Shown: one piece after another, positions 28,833 to 39,700 of the stretch
How the letters are laid out: each line of letters begins with the position of its first letter
Position numbering within the stretch: position 1 is the first letter of the stretch
Origin: Longimicrobiales bacterium
Lineage (GTDB): Bacteria > Gemmatimonadota > Gemmatimonadetes > Longimicrobiales > Gaopeijiaceae
Length of the DNA stretch: 64,000 nucleotides
NCBI GenBank assembly: GCA_965202805.1
Contig: OZ241869.1
Coordinates: forward strand, 960,001-1,024,000
Reading direction: 5' to 3'
Notes under the pieces: generated by a model
The model's input: the letters and a program-made list of their open reading frames with translations, nothing else
What the model was told of the DNA's origin: nothing
Database searches by the model: none
Program-made: the position numbers and the translations under genes

Positions 28833-31277
28833 ATGCCGAGACTCCCGGAGATCTTCGAGACCCTCGAATACGGACCCGCCCCGGAGAGCGCGGACCGGGC
28901 GCAGGCCTGGCTGGAGGAGCGCGGACGCTCCTTCGGCCTGTTCATCGGCGGCGAGTGGGTCGAGGGTGCGCGGGCAGAGACGTTCGACACCGTCAACCCG
29001 GCCAACGGCATGGCCCTCGCGCGGATTGCCCAGGGAGGTCCCGAGGATGTCGACCGGGCCGTGCGCGCCGCCCGCGCCGCGCAGGAGCCGTGGTCGCAGC
29101 TGGGCGGTCACGCCCGGGCCCGCTTCCTGTACGCGCTGGCCCGCCGCATCCACCGGCACGCGCGCCTCTTCTCGGTCCTGGAGACGCTCGACAACGGCAA
29201 GCCCGTGCGCGAGTCGCGCGACATCGACATCCCGCTGGTCGTGCGCCACTTCTACCACCACGCGGGATGGGCGCAGCTGATGGATGCCGAGTTCCCGGAT
29301 CAGGTCCCGGTCGGCGTGGCCGGCCAGATCATCCCCTGGAACTTCCCGCTGCTGATGCTGGCGTGGAAGATCGCGCCCGCGCTGGCCACCGGGAACACGG
29401 TGGTGCTCAAGCCCGCCGAGTTCACGCCCCTGACCGCCCTGCTCTTCGCGGAGATCTGCCGGGAGGCCGGACTGCCCCCCGGGGTCGTGAACGTGGTGAC
29501 CGGTGACGGCCGCACCGGCGCCGAGCTGGTCGGGCACCCCGGCGTCGACAAGATCGCCTTCACCGGCTCTACGGAGGTGGGCCGCCTCATCCGCAGCCGG
29601 ACCGCCGGCAGCGGCAAGCGTCTCTCCCTCGAGCTGGGGGGCAAGTCGCCCTTCATCGTCTACGACGACGCGGACCTGGACGGCGTGGTCGAGGGGGTCG
29701 TCGACGCCATCTGGTTCAACCAGGGGCAGGTGTGCTGCGCGGGCTCGCGCATTCTGGTTCAGGAGGGCGTCGCGGAGGCGCTGGAACGCAAGCTCAAGGC
29801 GCGCATGGAGACGCTGCGCATGGGCGATCCGCTGGACAAGGCCGTGGACATGGGCGCCATCATCGCGCCGGTTCAGCTCGAGAAGATCCGGCGGCTGGTG
29901 GACCAGGGCCGGCAGGACGGCGCGCACATCTGGCAACCGTCGTGGAGCACGCCCGCGGAGGGATTCTTCTACCCGCCGACGCTGTGCACCCGGGTGGCGC
30001 CCGCATCCGCCATCGCGCAGGTCGAGATCTTCGGGCCGGTGGTGGTGATGATGACCTTCCGCACGCCGGAGGAGTCGGTCCGGCTCGCCAACGACACGCG
30101 CTACGGGCTCGCGGCCAGCATCTGGAGCGAGAACATCAACCTGGCGCTGGACATCGCGCCGAAGGTGAAGGCGGGCACGGTGTGGATCAACTGCACCAAC
30201 GTCTTCGACGCGGCCTCCGGGTTCGGCGGCTACCGCGAGAGCGGCTTCGGGCGCGAGGGCGGGCGCGAGGGGCTGCACGAATACCTGCGGCCCAGGTGGC
30301 AGGCGCGCGGGCGGGACAACGCGGGAGGCGCGGGCGAAGTCGACGCAACGAAATCCGTTTCGTCCGGGGATGGGCGGCCGGCCATGCTCCCGGGGGACGA
30401 CGGGCCGCCCCGCGCGCGCGATGCGATGCCGCAGGTGGACCGCACCATCCGCATGTACATCGGGGGCCGCCAGATGCGGCCCGACGGCGGCTACACGATG
30501 CTCGTCCGCGGGGCCTCGGGAGAGGTGGCGGGAGAGGTGGGCCGCGGCAACCGCAAGGACATCCGCAACGCGGTCGAGGCGGCCCGCCGCGGCGCCGGAT
30601 GGGCGGACCGTACCGCCCATAACCGCGCGCAGATCCTCTACTTCATCGCCGAGAACCTCGCCGTGCGCGCGCCCGAGTTCGCGGCTCGCATCCGGTCACT
30701 CACCGGCGAGAGCCGGGAGCGCGCGTCCGAGGAGGTCGATCTCTCCGTCCGGCGGCTCTTCACCTACGCGGCGCACGCCGACAAGTGGGACGGGCTCGTG
30801 CACCGCACGCCCTATCGCAACGTCACCCTGGCCATGCCCGAGAGCCTGGGGGTGGTCGGCATCGTGTGCCCGGAGCGAAACCCGCTGCTGAGCTTCATTT
30901 CGCTGATCGCGCCCGCTATCGCAGCCGGCAACACCGTGGTCGCCCTCCCGTCTCGGCGCTGGCCGCTCTCCGCCACCGACTTCTGCCAGGTCCTGGACAC
31001 CTCCGACCTGCCCGACGGGGTGGTCAACGTCGTCACGGGCGAGCATGTGGAGCTGGCCCCGGTGCTGGCCGCGCACGACGACGTGGCGGCAATCTGGTAC
31101 TTCGGTGCCGAGGCCGGAGTGGAGGAGATCGAGCGGCTCTCCACCGGAAACATGAAGCAGACCTGGACGGAAGCCGGACTCCCCAGAAGATGGCGCACGC
31201 GCGCGCAGGGGGAAGGTGACGAGTTCCTGCGCCGCGCTACGCAGGTCAAGAACATCTGGATTCCCTACGGGGAGTAG
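28833..31277 (+). CDS. Two-domain aldehyde dehydrogenase (ALDH16-like)
   Basis: PWNFP, FTGSTEVG, LELGGKS, GQVCCAG, EIFGPV, plus a second truncated ALDH domain ending KNIWIPYGE. Confidence 0.92.
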   Translation: MPRLPEIFETLEYGPAPESADRAQAWLEERGRSFGLFIGGEWVEGARAETFDTVNPANGMALARIAQGGPEDVDRAVRAARAAQEPWSQLGGHARARFLYALARRIHRHARLFSVLETLDNGKPVRESRDIDIPLVVRHFYHHAGWAQLMDAEFPDQVPVGVAGQIIPWNFPLLMLAWKIAPALATGNTVVLKPAEFTPLTALLFAEICREAGLPPGVVNVVTGDGRTGAELVGHPGVDKIAFTGSTEVGRLIRSRTAGSGKRLSLELGGKSPFIVYDDADLDGVVEGVVDAIWFNQGQVCCAGSRILVQEGVAEALERKLKARMETLRMGDPLDKAVDMGAIIAPVQLEKIRRLVDQGRQDGAHIWQPSWSTPAEGFFYPPTLCTRVAPASAIAQVEIFGPVVVMMTFRTPEESVRLANDTRYGLAASIWSENINLALDIAPKVKAGTVWINCTNVFDAASGFGGYRESGFGREGGREGLHEYLRPRWQARGRDNAGGAGEVDATKSVSSGDGRPAMLPGDDGPPRARDAMPQVDRTIRMYIGGRQMRPDGGYTMLVRGASGEVAGEVGRGNRKDIRNAVEAARRGAGWADRTAHNRAQILYFIAENLAVRAPEFAARIRSLTGESRERASEEVDLSVRRLFTYAAHADKWDGLVHRTPYRNVTLAMPESLGVVGIVCPERNPLLSFISLIAPAIAAGNTVVALPSRRWPLSATDFCQVLDTSDLPDGVVNVVTGEHVELAPVLAAHDDVAAIWYFGAEAGVEEIERLSTGNMKQTWTEAGLPRRWRTRAQGEGDEFLRRATQVKNIWIPYGE

Positions 31278-31326
31278 GGTGCCATGGCCACCCTCAAAGC
31301 GCCCTTTGCCGGGGAGGAAATGAGCG

Positions 31327-33675
31327 TTGACAGGTGATTCCGAGGCGCTGCGCGACCGGGTCGAGGTGCTGGAGCGGCGCGTTTCCGAACTGAGCCGCGC
31401 CGCCGTGCGCATCGGCGCGAGCCTCGATCCCGACGCGGTCCTGCAGGAGGTCGTCGACAGCGCCCGCGCGCTCACCGGCGCGCGCTACGGCCTGATCACG
31501 ACGGTCGACGAGGCGGGCCGCCCCCGCCGGTTCGTGGGCTCCGGGGTCACCGACGCCCAGTACCGGCAACTGAAGGGATGGGCCGACGGGCCGCGGCTGT
31601 TCGAGCATCTGACGAAGCTGCCGGGGCCGCTGAGGTTCGAGGACGTGCCCGGACACCTCCGGCGCCACGGGTTCGGGGCGGGCGTGCTGCCCTACGGCAC
31701 GGCGCTGGGCGCGCCGATCGATAGCGGCGGCGTGCGCGTCGGCTACCTCTTCGTCGCCGACAAGCGGGGCGGGGGTGACTTCACGGACGGGGACGGGAAG
31801 GTGCTCCCGCTGTTCGCGTCGCAGGCGGGGACGGCGATCGCCAACGCGCGCGCCTTCCGGGACGAGCAGCGGGCGCGGGCGCGGCTGGAGGCCCTGGTCG
31901 CCACCTCTCCGGTCGGGGTGGTGGTGCTGGACGCCGGATCCGGCGGCGTCGTGTCGGTGAACGGCGAGGCGAAGCGGATCGTCGAAGGCGTGCGGGTGGC
32001 GGACCGCACCGTCGAGCAGCTGGTCGAACTGGTCACGTGCCGGCGAGCCGACGGGAGCGAGGTGGCCCTGAGGCACTTCCCGCTGGAACGGCAGCTTCGC
32101 CGCGCAGAGACGGTTCGCGCCGAGGAGATCGAGCTCTCGGTGCCCGACGGCCGGAGCGTGAAGACGCTGATCAACGCGACGCCGATCCAGGGGTCGGACG
32201 GCGAGGTCGAGTCGGTCGTGGTCACGATGCAGGACCTGGCGCCCTTCGAGGAGATCGAGCGGATGCGCACGGAGTTCCTCGCGATCGTGGGCCACGAGCT
32301 GCGCACGCCGCTCACCTCGATCCAGGGCTCGACCGGCGCGGTGCTCTCTGCCGAGCCGGGGTTCGCGCGGCCCGAGATGATGCAGTTCTTCCGCATCATC
32401 GACGAACAGGCGGCCCGGATGGGCGGACTGATCCGCGACCTGCTGGATGCGGGGCGCATCGCGACCGGCACGCTGTCGGTCTCGCCCGGACCCGCGGACG
32501 TGGCGGCGCTCGTGGACGCGGCGAGGACGAGTTTCCTGAGCGGCAGCGGCCGCCACGCGGTCGTCGCCGACCTGCCCGCGGACCTGCCCCGCGTGATGGC
32601 GGACCGGGAGCGCATCGTCCAGGTCCTGACCAACCTGCTGTCGAACGCGGCCCGGCACTCCGCCGAGTCGTCGCCCATCCGCATCGGCGCACGGCGCGCC
32701 CGCGACGCCGTCGAGATTTCGGTCTCCGATCGGGGCCGGGGCATTCCGCCGGAGCAGCTCCCGCACCTCTTCAAGAAGCACGCCGTCGGCGGCGACGGCG
32801 CACGCGGTCTCGGGAGCGGTCTCGGCCTGGCCATCTCCAAGGGGCTGGTCGAGGCGCACGGCGGGCGCATCCGGGCCGAGAGCGAGATCGGCCGGGGCGC
32901 CCGGTTCACCTTCACGGTCCCGGTGGCCGACGATCCCGCGGCGACGCTCCTGGCGGCGGATCCGGCCCGAGGCCCGGGGGTGATGTTCGGGGAGGGACGG
33001 GAGCCGGTGACGATCCTCGTGGTGGACGACGAGCCCGAGGTGCTCCGCTACGTCCGCGACGTGCTCCGTGCGGCAGGCTACGCCACGGTCTCAACGGGCG
33101 ATCACCGGGAGATCTCCGGCCTGATCCGCACCGAGAAGCCCCACCTCGTCCTGCTCGACCTGATGCTGCCCGGAACGGACGGCGTCAAGCTGATGGAGCG
33201 GGTGCCCGAGCTGGCCGACGTGCCGGTCGTCTTCATCTCCGCCTACGGGCGCGACGAGACGGTCGCCAGGGCGCTCGAAGCCGGGGCGGTCGACTACATC
33301 GTCAAGCCGTTCTCCCCGACGGAACTGACGGCGAGAGTCCGGGCGGCGCTGCGGCGCGGCGGCGAGCCCGCCCCGTTCGAGTCCGAGGGGCTGGCCATCG
33401 ACTACTACAGCCGCCGGGTGACCGTGGCCGGCCGCCCCGTGAAGCTGACGCCGACCGAGTACGAGGTGCTGCGGGTGCTGTCCCGGAACGCGGGGCGGGT
33501 CTCGACCTATCGCTCGCTGCTCAACCAGGCGTGGAGCAAACATCCGGGCAAGGTCGACCCGAAGCTCGTGCACGCCGTCGTGCAGACGCTCCGCCGCAAG
33601 CTGGGCGAGGACGCGTCCCGGGCCGCCTACATTCTGAACGAGCGCGGCGTCGGCTACCGGATGCCCGCCCCGTGA
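31327..33675 (+). CDS. Soluble hybrid sensor kinase/response regulator (GAF-PAS-HisKA-HATPase-REC-OmpR wHTH)
   Basis: [52 protein letters not shown]...LRRKL...ERGVGYR. Confidence 0.92.
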   Translation: MTGDSEALRDRVEVLERRVSELSRAAVRIGASLDPDAVLQEVVDSARALTGARYGLITTVDEAGRPRRFVGSGVTDAQYRQLKGWADGPRLFEHLTKLPGPLRFEDVPGHLRRHGFGAGVLPYGTALGAPIDSGGVRVGYLFVADKRGGGDFTDGDGKVLPLFASQAGTAIANARAFRDEQRARARLEALVATSPVGVVVLDAGSGGVVSVNGEAKRIVEGVRVADRTVEQLVELVTCRRADGSEVALRHFPLERQLRRAETVRAEEIELSVPDGRSVKTLINATPIQGSDGEVESVVVTMQDLAPFEEIERMRTEFLAIVGHELRTPLTSIQGSTGAVLSAEPGFARPEMMQFFRIIDEQAARMGGLIRDLLDAGRIATGTLSVSPGPADVAALVDAARTSFLSGSGRHAVVADLPADLPRVMADRERIVQVLTNLLSNAARHSAESSPIRIGARRARDAVEISVSDRGRGIPPEQLPHLFKKHAVGGDGARGLGSGLGLAISKGLVEAHGGRIRAESEIGRGARFTFTVPVADDPAATLLAADPARGPGVMFGEGREPVTILVVDDEPEVLRYVRDVLRAAGYATVSTGDHREISGLIRTEKPHLVLLDLMLPGTDGVKLMERVPELADVPVVFISAYGRDETVARALEAGAVDYIVKPFSPTELTARVRAALRRGGEPAPFESEGLAIDYYSRRVTVAGRPVKLTPTEYEVLRVLSRNAGRVSTYRSLLNQAWSKHPGKVDPKLVHAVVQTLRRKLGEDASRAAYILNERGVGYRMPAP

Positions 33676-33741
33676 CCGCTAACCGACGCCCGGGATCACG
33701 CGAGCGGCGCCGGGCAGGCCTGACGGAGCCGGGCTGACGCG

Positions 33742-34179
33742 CTAGTTGAAGGTGTAGGTGCAGACCACCTCCGGGACTTCGTCCGACAAGACCGATGCCA
33801 CCTCGCAGATGGTCTCGTCGCGCACGAACAGCTGCAGGCTCACCTGTGGCGTGGCCTCCGTCTCCGGAGGTCGGCCAACGCTCACGAAAATGCGGGCCCC
33901 ACCGCCCAGTTCGAGATCTGCCCGGTAACCCGGATCGACGGTTGAAGTGTCGGCCGACACGACCTCTTCGCGGCGGTTGCCGAAGTTGTCGAAGATGTAG
34001 ACGAACTGGTTCGACGTGACCAGGGTCAGGGGACCCGGGCCCGGGCCGCCGACGACGATGCTTGCGGTCGTGGGAGCTTCGGTGGGCCCGTCCAGGATCG
34101 AGCACGCCGTCAGGGCCGAGAGGCCCGCAACGGCTGCGAACCAGCTAATCCGCATCCGCTTCGCGGCGCATGCACTCAT
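33742..34179 (-). CDS. Hypothetical lipoprotein
   Basis: Lipobox LTAC; coding-like codon usage. Confidence 0.7.
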   Translation of the reverse strand: MSACAAKRMRISWFAAVAGLSALTACSILDGPTEAPTTASIVVGGPGPGPLTLVTSNQFVYIFDNFGNRREEVVSADTSTVDPGYRADLELGGGARIFVSVGRPPETEATPQVSLQLFVRDETICEVASVLSDEVPEVVCTYTFN

Positions 34180-34388
34180 GAAATCACCTCATCGCAGGGG
34201 AACCGCGGGGCCCGCGGGCACGGTCGGGACGCCGTGGGCGCCACCTCCCTAATCGTGCCGGATTCGACAACGCTCCGCCAGTGGGCCGGCAGCCGAGGAA
34301 CGACGTGGCCGACCCGCGGCAGGCCCCGGATCCCACGGTGACGCGCCGCCGGAGCGTAGCGGAACGTCGACCCGGGGAGCGGCCCCGG

Positions 34389-34775
34389 TCAGGGAACCAG
34401 CGCGATGGCGTCGATCTCGACGCTCACGTTCCTGGGCAGCGCGCCCGCCTGCACGGTCGAGCGGGCGGGACGATGGTCGCCGAAGTGCTCGGCATACACC
34501 TCGTTCATGGCGGCGAACTCCCCCATGTCGGCCAGGAAGACGGTGGTCTTGACGACGGTGGAAAGCGACGCTCCGGACGCCTCCAGCACGGCCGCCAGAT
34601 TGCGCAACACCTGGTGCGTCTGCTCCTGGATGTCACCCCTGAGTAGCTCGCCCGTCGACGGGACCAGCGGGATCTGCCCGGAGGCGAAGAGAAGCCCGCC
34701 CGCCCGGATCGCCTGGGAATAGGGACCGATGGCCTTCGGGGCGCTGTCCGTGTGCACGACCGTTGTTCCGCTCAT
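34389..34775 (-). CDS. ridA: RidA-family enamine deaminase
   Basis: [29 protein letters not shown]. Confidence 0.95.
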   Translation of the reverse strand: MSGTTVVHTDSAPKAIGPYSQAIRAGGLLFASGQIPLVPSTGELLRGDIQEQTHQVLRNLAAVLEASGASLSTVVKTTVFLADMGEFAAMNEVYAEHFGDHRPARSTVQAGALPRNVSVEIDAIALVP

Positions 34776-34781
34776 TGGGTG

Positions 34782-35933
34782 TCAGACTCCTTGGCTGGAT
34801 GCCGTTGTATGGTCGGGTTTCACCCGATTCCAGGACGCGACGCGTCCTCTTCCCTCGATGGGCCAGGTTTCCCAGCGCTCTCCTTCGTGCGCGATGACGC
34901 GGTCCTGCAGGTTCACCGAGACACAGACGTGGTTCGGCAGCAGACGCACCAGCTCGCCCACCCGTGGCCGCCAGTCCGTGCCCGTGACGTCCAGCACGCC
35001 GTGCTCTTCCGACAGGGCGACCACGCGCACCTCCGGCCGGCCGGCGAGGGCGGCGTACCCGGTGCCGGCCGTGTCGTGCAGCTCCTTCGAAAGCGCCTTG
35101 GAGCCCGCGTCCACCACCGCCCGCCCGGGGACCGCCGTGCTCACCACCGTGGCGAGGATCGAGTAGGCGCACTCGTGGTCGCGAGCCACGCCCATGCCGG
35201 TCATGTCCAGGTCGTTGTAGATGACTGTGCCGGCCCGGACCTCGGTCAGGCGGGGAAGCAGGTGGCTGTGCCAGAGCGTGGGGCTCGAGCCGCCGCTTAC
35301 GACCTCGGGGGCCAGGCCGGCTTCGGCGAGCGTCGCGCAGCATGACTCGAGCCGCTCCGCCAGCTCGCCGATCGCCTGCTCCTGCCCCGAGACGTGCGTG
35401 CGGATGTGTCCCGGGTAGAACATGATGCCCCGGTACTCCAGCCCCCCCGCATCGCGCGCCAGCGTCGCCAGCCGGGCGGCCTCGCCCGCCGTCTGCACCC
35501 CCACCCTTCCCAGCCCGACATCCATCTCCACCAGGACGCCGACCGTCCTTGCGGCCGCCCGGGCCGCCCCCGCGAGGCCGAGCAGCGCCACCTCCGAATC
35601 GAGGGCCACGGTCAGCGTGACGCCTTCCGGCAGCGCCATCAGGCGCGCCAGCTTCTTCTCTCCGAGGGGAGGATAGGCGAGCAGCAGGTCATCGCACACC
35701 CGGGACATGACCTCCGCCTCGTGCGGCGTGGCAACGGTGAGCCCCTGCGCGCCGGCTTCCAACTGGATGCGGGCGAGCGCGAGGCTCTTGTGGGTCTTCA
35801 CGTGCGGGCGCCAGGCGATCCCGTGGCGCGCCGTGTAGCCGGCCACCCTGGCCGCGTTGGCGCGCGCCCTCGCCAGGTCCACGAGGGCGACGGGGGTCTC
35901 CGCGTCCGCGAGACCGGCGGGGAGCCCGTTCAC
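34782..35933 (-). CDS. PLP-dependent enzyme, D-threonine aldolase/D-serine dehydratase (DSD1) family
   Basis: RPHVKTHK, GRVGV, EVRAGT, DAGSKAL, SEEHG, PNHVC. Confidence 0.9.
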   Translation of the reverse strand: MNGLPAGLADAETPVALVDLARARANAARVAGYTARHGIAWRPHVKTHKSLALARIQLEAGAQGLTVATPHEAEVMSRVCDDLLLAYPPLGEKKLARLMALPEGVTLTVALDSEVALLGLAGAARAAARTVGVLVEMDVGLGRVGVQTAGEAARLATLARDAGGLEYRGIMFYPGHIRTHVSGQEQAIGELAERLESCCATLAEAGLAPEVVSGGSSPTLWHSHLLPRLTEVRAGTVIYNDLDMTGMGVARDHECAYSILATVVSTAVPGRAVVDAGSKALSKELHDTAGTGYAALAGRPEVRVVALSEEHGVLDVTGTDWRPRVGELVRLLPNHVCVSVNLQDRVIAHEGERWETWPIEGRGRVASWNRVKPDHTTASSQGV

Positions 35934-36472
35934 CCGAGGGCCGCCTCCAGGGCGTCGAAGAACTCGCGGTCCTGCTCGGAAACCGGACCGATGCGCACGA
36001 AGCGGATCGTCCCCTCGCGATCGACGAGGTAGGTGGCCGGCAGACCGACGGCATGGAACGCGTCCATCGAGCGCATCTCCGGATCGTGCAGGATCGTGTA
36101 GGTCACGCCGTACTCGCCGGCGAACTCCCGCACGACATCCTCGAACCCGGCGTCGTCGACCGAGATGCCCACGATCTCGAAGCCCCGCCCGCGATGCTCT
36201 TCGTAGAGCGACTGCAGGAAGGGAGTCTCGAACCGGCAGGGCGCGCACCAGGTGGCCCAGAGGTTGACCAGCACCACCTGGCCGCGCAGATCGGAGAGCG
36301 CGATCGCCTCGCCGTCCAGCGTGGCCGCCTGGACGTCGGGCACCGGGTCTCCGGCGACCGGGGGGCCTTCGACGGGCGCGCACGCCGCGCAGAGCCAGAG
36401 GACGGGGAGGGCGGTCCGCAGGAGACCGGCGGCCGATCGTACCGGGATGAACCGGCGGAAGAGGGACCTGAT
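35930..36472 (-). CDS. TlpA/ResA-family thiol-disulfide oxidoreductase (probable ATC start)
   Basis: VNLWATWCAPC and GLPATYLVDREG; AGGAG RBS 7 nt before ATC 36472; lipobox-like CAAC. Confidence 0.88.
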   Translation of the reverse strand: MRSLFRRFIPVRSAAGLLRTALPVLWLCAACAPVEGPPVAGDPVPDVQAATLDGEAIALSDLRGQVVLVNLWATWCAPCRFETPFLQSLYEEHRGRGFEIVGISVDDAGFEDVVREFAGEYGVTYTILHDPEMRSMDAFHAVGLPATYLVDREGTIRFVRIGPVSEQDREFFDALEAALG

Positions 36473-36701
36473 GTCGATGCTCCTGGTTCGAAGGCAGCGT
36501 AGCGCAGTCGAGGGCGCGCGCCGTAAGTTCAACCTCCGCTCCCGCAACCGCAACGATGCCGGAGTCAATTCCGGAGGCAACCCTTGCTCGCGCGCGCGGA
36601 CCTTACCCCCGAGCGCCGTGTACTGACGCCATCGCCCGCCACGCTCGCCCACGCCTCCAGTCAGCATCCGGCTGCGCGACGACATACGCCAAGGTCAGGC
36701 C

Positions 36702-39700
36702 ATGACATCCAACTCTTCGTCCGCCGTCCGCCGGAGCCTGCGCGCCGGGATCCTTTCTGCCGTCGCCGCACTGTCGGCCCTGCTCCCGCCCGAACCGATC
36801 GAGGGTCAGTACTTCGGGCGAAACAAGGTGCAGTACGATTCCTTCGACTTCCTGGTCATGAAGACCCCCCACTTCGACATCCACTACTACAACGAGGCCG
36901 CAGTCGCCATCGAGGACGCCGCCCGCATGTCCGAGCGCTGGTACGAGCGGCTGGCCCGCACCTTCCAGCACGAGTTCGAGCGGCCCAAGCCGGTCATCCT
37001 GTACGCCGACCATCCCGACTTCCAGCAGACCAACACCCTCTCGGGGTTCATCAGCGAGGGCACCGGCGGTGTCACCGAGTCGCTCAAGAACCGCGTCATC
37101 ATGCCGCTGGCGGGCACCTATCACGACACCGACCACGTGCTCGGACACGAGCTGGTGCACGCCTTCCAGTACAACATCGCCCAGTCGCGGACCGGAGGCG
37201 GATTGCGCGGCATGGCCCAGTTGCCGCTCTGGGTGGTGGAGGGGATGGCGGAATACCTCTCGGTCGGCAGCGAAGACCCTCTCACGGCCATGTGGCTGCG
37301 CGATGCCCTTCTGCGCGACGATGTGCCGACGCTCGAACAGATGACCCGCGAACGGCGCTTCTTCCCGTACCGCTTCGGCCAGGCCTTCTGGACATACGTT
37401 GGCGGCACCTACGGCGATGAGGCCGTAACCGAGCTGTACCGCCGCTCGCTCCGCGTGGGCTGGGAGAACGCCATCGTGAGCGTGCTGGGCAAGACGCAGG
37501 ACTCGGTGTCGGCGGATTGGCACCGGGCGATCGAGAGCGAGTACCGGCCGCTCATGGCGGGCCGCTCGGCGCCGGGCGAGGTGGGCGCCCTGCTGCTCGC
37601 TCCTTCCACGGGGGCGGGGGGCCAGAACGTGGCTCCCTCGGTCAGCCCCGACGGCCGCTACGTGGCCTTCATCTCCGAGAAGGACCTCTTCTCGGTCGAC
37701 CTGTTCATGGCCGACGCGCGCACCGGGAGAATCATCCGCAGGCTGTCGAGCGCCGCCTCCGACGCGCACATGGACGCGCTCCGCTTCCTGGACTCCTCGG
37801 GTTCATGGTCGCCGGACGGGCAGCTGTTCGTATTCGTGGCGATCGCTGACGGGGACAACCAGCTGGTGATCGTGGACGTCGATAACTCGGACGTGGAACA
37901 GCGCATCGCGGTGGAGACCGCCAACATCGGGGCCATCTCCAACCCCGCCTGGTCGCCGGACGGCCGTTCGATCGTGTTCGCGGGGCAGTCGGGGGGCATC
38001 TCCGACCTGTTCATGATCGACATCGAGACCGAACAGATCACCCGCCTCACCAACGACAAGCACGGGGACATGCAGCCCGCGTTCTCACCCGACGGCTCCA
38101 TGCTCGCCTTCGTCTCCGACCGGGGACCGGAAACGGATTTCACCGACCTCGTCTTCAGCCGCCCGCGCATCGCGCTTCTCGACATGGAGACCCGCGAGGT
38201 GCACACGCTCGACCTGTTCGAGAACGTCAAGCACCTCAACCCGCAGTTCACGCCGGACGGCCGGGGCCTCTACTTCATCTCCGACCAGGACGGCTTCAGC
38301 GACATCTACCGCGTGAATCTTCCCACCGGCGAGATCTACCGGGTGACCAACATCGCGACCGCGGTCAGCGGGATCACGAGCGGTTCGCCGGCCATGAGCG
38401 TCGCCGCCGAAACCGGCACCCTCGTGTTCTCGGTCTTCGATGAGTTCGAGTTCCACATCTACTCGCTCTCCTCGCAGGAGGCGGGGGCGGCTCAGGAACT
38501 GGCGCGCGAGGGTACGGAAATCCCCCTGGGCCGCCTGATTCCGCCGTCGGAGCCGCTCGTGCGCAGCCGGGTCGCGAACTACCTGGCCGATCCGCTCACC
38601 GGATTGCCTCCCTCGGGGACATACCGCTCCGAAGAGGCATCCACCTACGACCCCGGCCTGAAGCTCGACTACGTGGGTCAGCCCATGATCGGCATCGGAG
38701 CCGGGGACATCTACGGCAACAACCTGCAGGGCGGAGCCGCGGCGTTCTTCAGCGACATGCTGGGGGACCGCAGCCTGGGGGTCGCCGTTCAGGCCCAGGG
38801 CACCTTCAAGGATGTGGGCGGACAGTTCCTCTACCAGAACATGAAGCGGCGCTGGAACTGGGGCGTCTCCGGGGGACGAATACCCTATCAGCTGCTGTGG
38901 GCGAGCTTCGAACGTTCGCCGAACGGCATGCCGGCCTACCGGGCCCTTCGGGAGCGAATCTACATCGACTCCGCGATCGGGATGCTCGCGTACCCGTTCT
39001 CGACCACGCAGCGGATCGAGACCCGATTCGGCCTGACCCGCTACTCCTTCGACCTCGAGGAGGAGTACCTCTTCTTCGACCCGCTCGGGCGCCTGATGGA
39101 TCGGCGCGTCCGCGAGCTGGAGGATCCCCAGGCGCCGCTCACGCTCGTTCACGGGGCGATCGCGCTGGTGGGCGACAACTCCTACTCCGCCTTCACGTCG
39201 CCGGTGCGGGGGTCCAGGTACCGCTTCGAGTACGAGAACACGGTGGGCACCGCCGACTTCCATACCCTCACCGCCGACTACCGGCGGTACTTCAATCCGA
39301 TGCGCGAGCTCACCATCGCCTTCAGGGGGATGCACTACGGGCGCTACGGGATCACCGCCGCCGAGACCCAGACCGGCCTGCGCCAGATCTTCCTGGGGTA
39401 CGAGAGCCTCATCCGCGGCTACGCGAGAGAGAGTTTCGACTTCACCGGGTGCGTACAGGTGGAGGTCTGCATGGAATCGGAGCGCTACCGGCAGCTGTTC
39501 GGCCAGCGCATCCAGGTGTTCAACTTCGAGTTCCGGGTGCCCATAACCGGCGTGAGTCAGTTCGGCCTGCTCAACCTGCCTTTCCTTCCCATCGAGCTGG
39601 TCACCTTCGCCGACGTGGGCTTGGCGTGGGACAACTTCGGGGATGTCGATCTGCGCTTTGACAGAACGACGACGGACCGGGTCCCCGTCTTCAGCACCGG

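Noticed and set aside
27729..30620. 963-aa minus-strand ORF and similar long antisense ORFs (e.g. 2994-4781, 41039-43147, 55761-57683)
   Set aside because: Shadows of deoC/ALDH, nagB, mla and acnA
34258..34280. ccggattcgacaacgctccgcca resembling a tRNA 3' end
   Set aside because: Gapped, weak similarity to selC, opposite orientation and no island context
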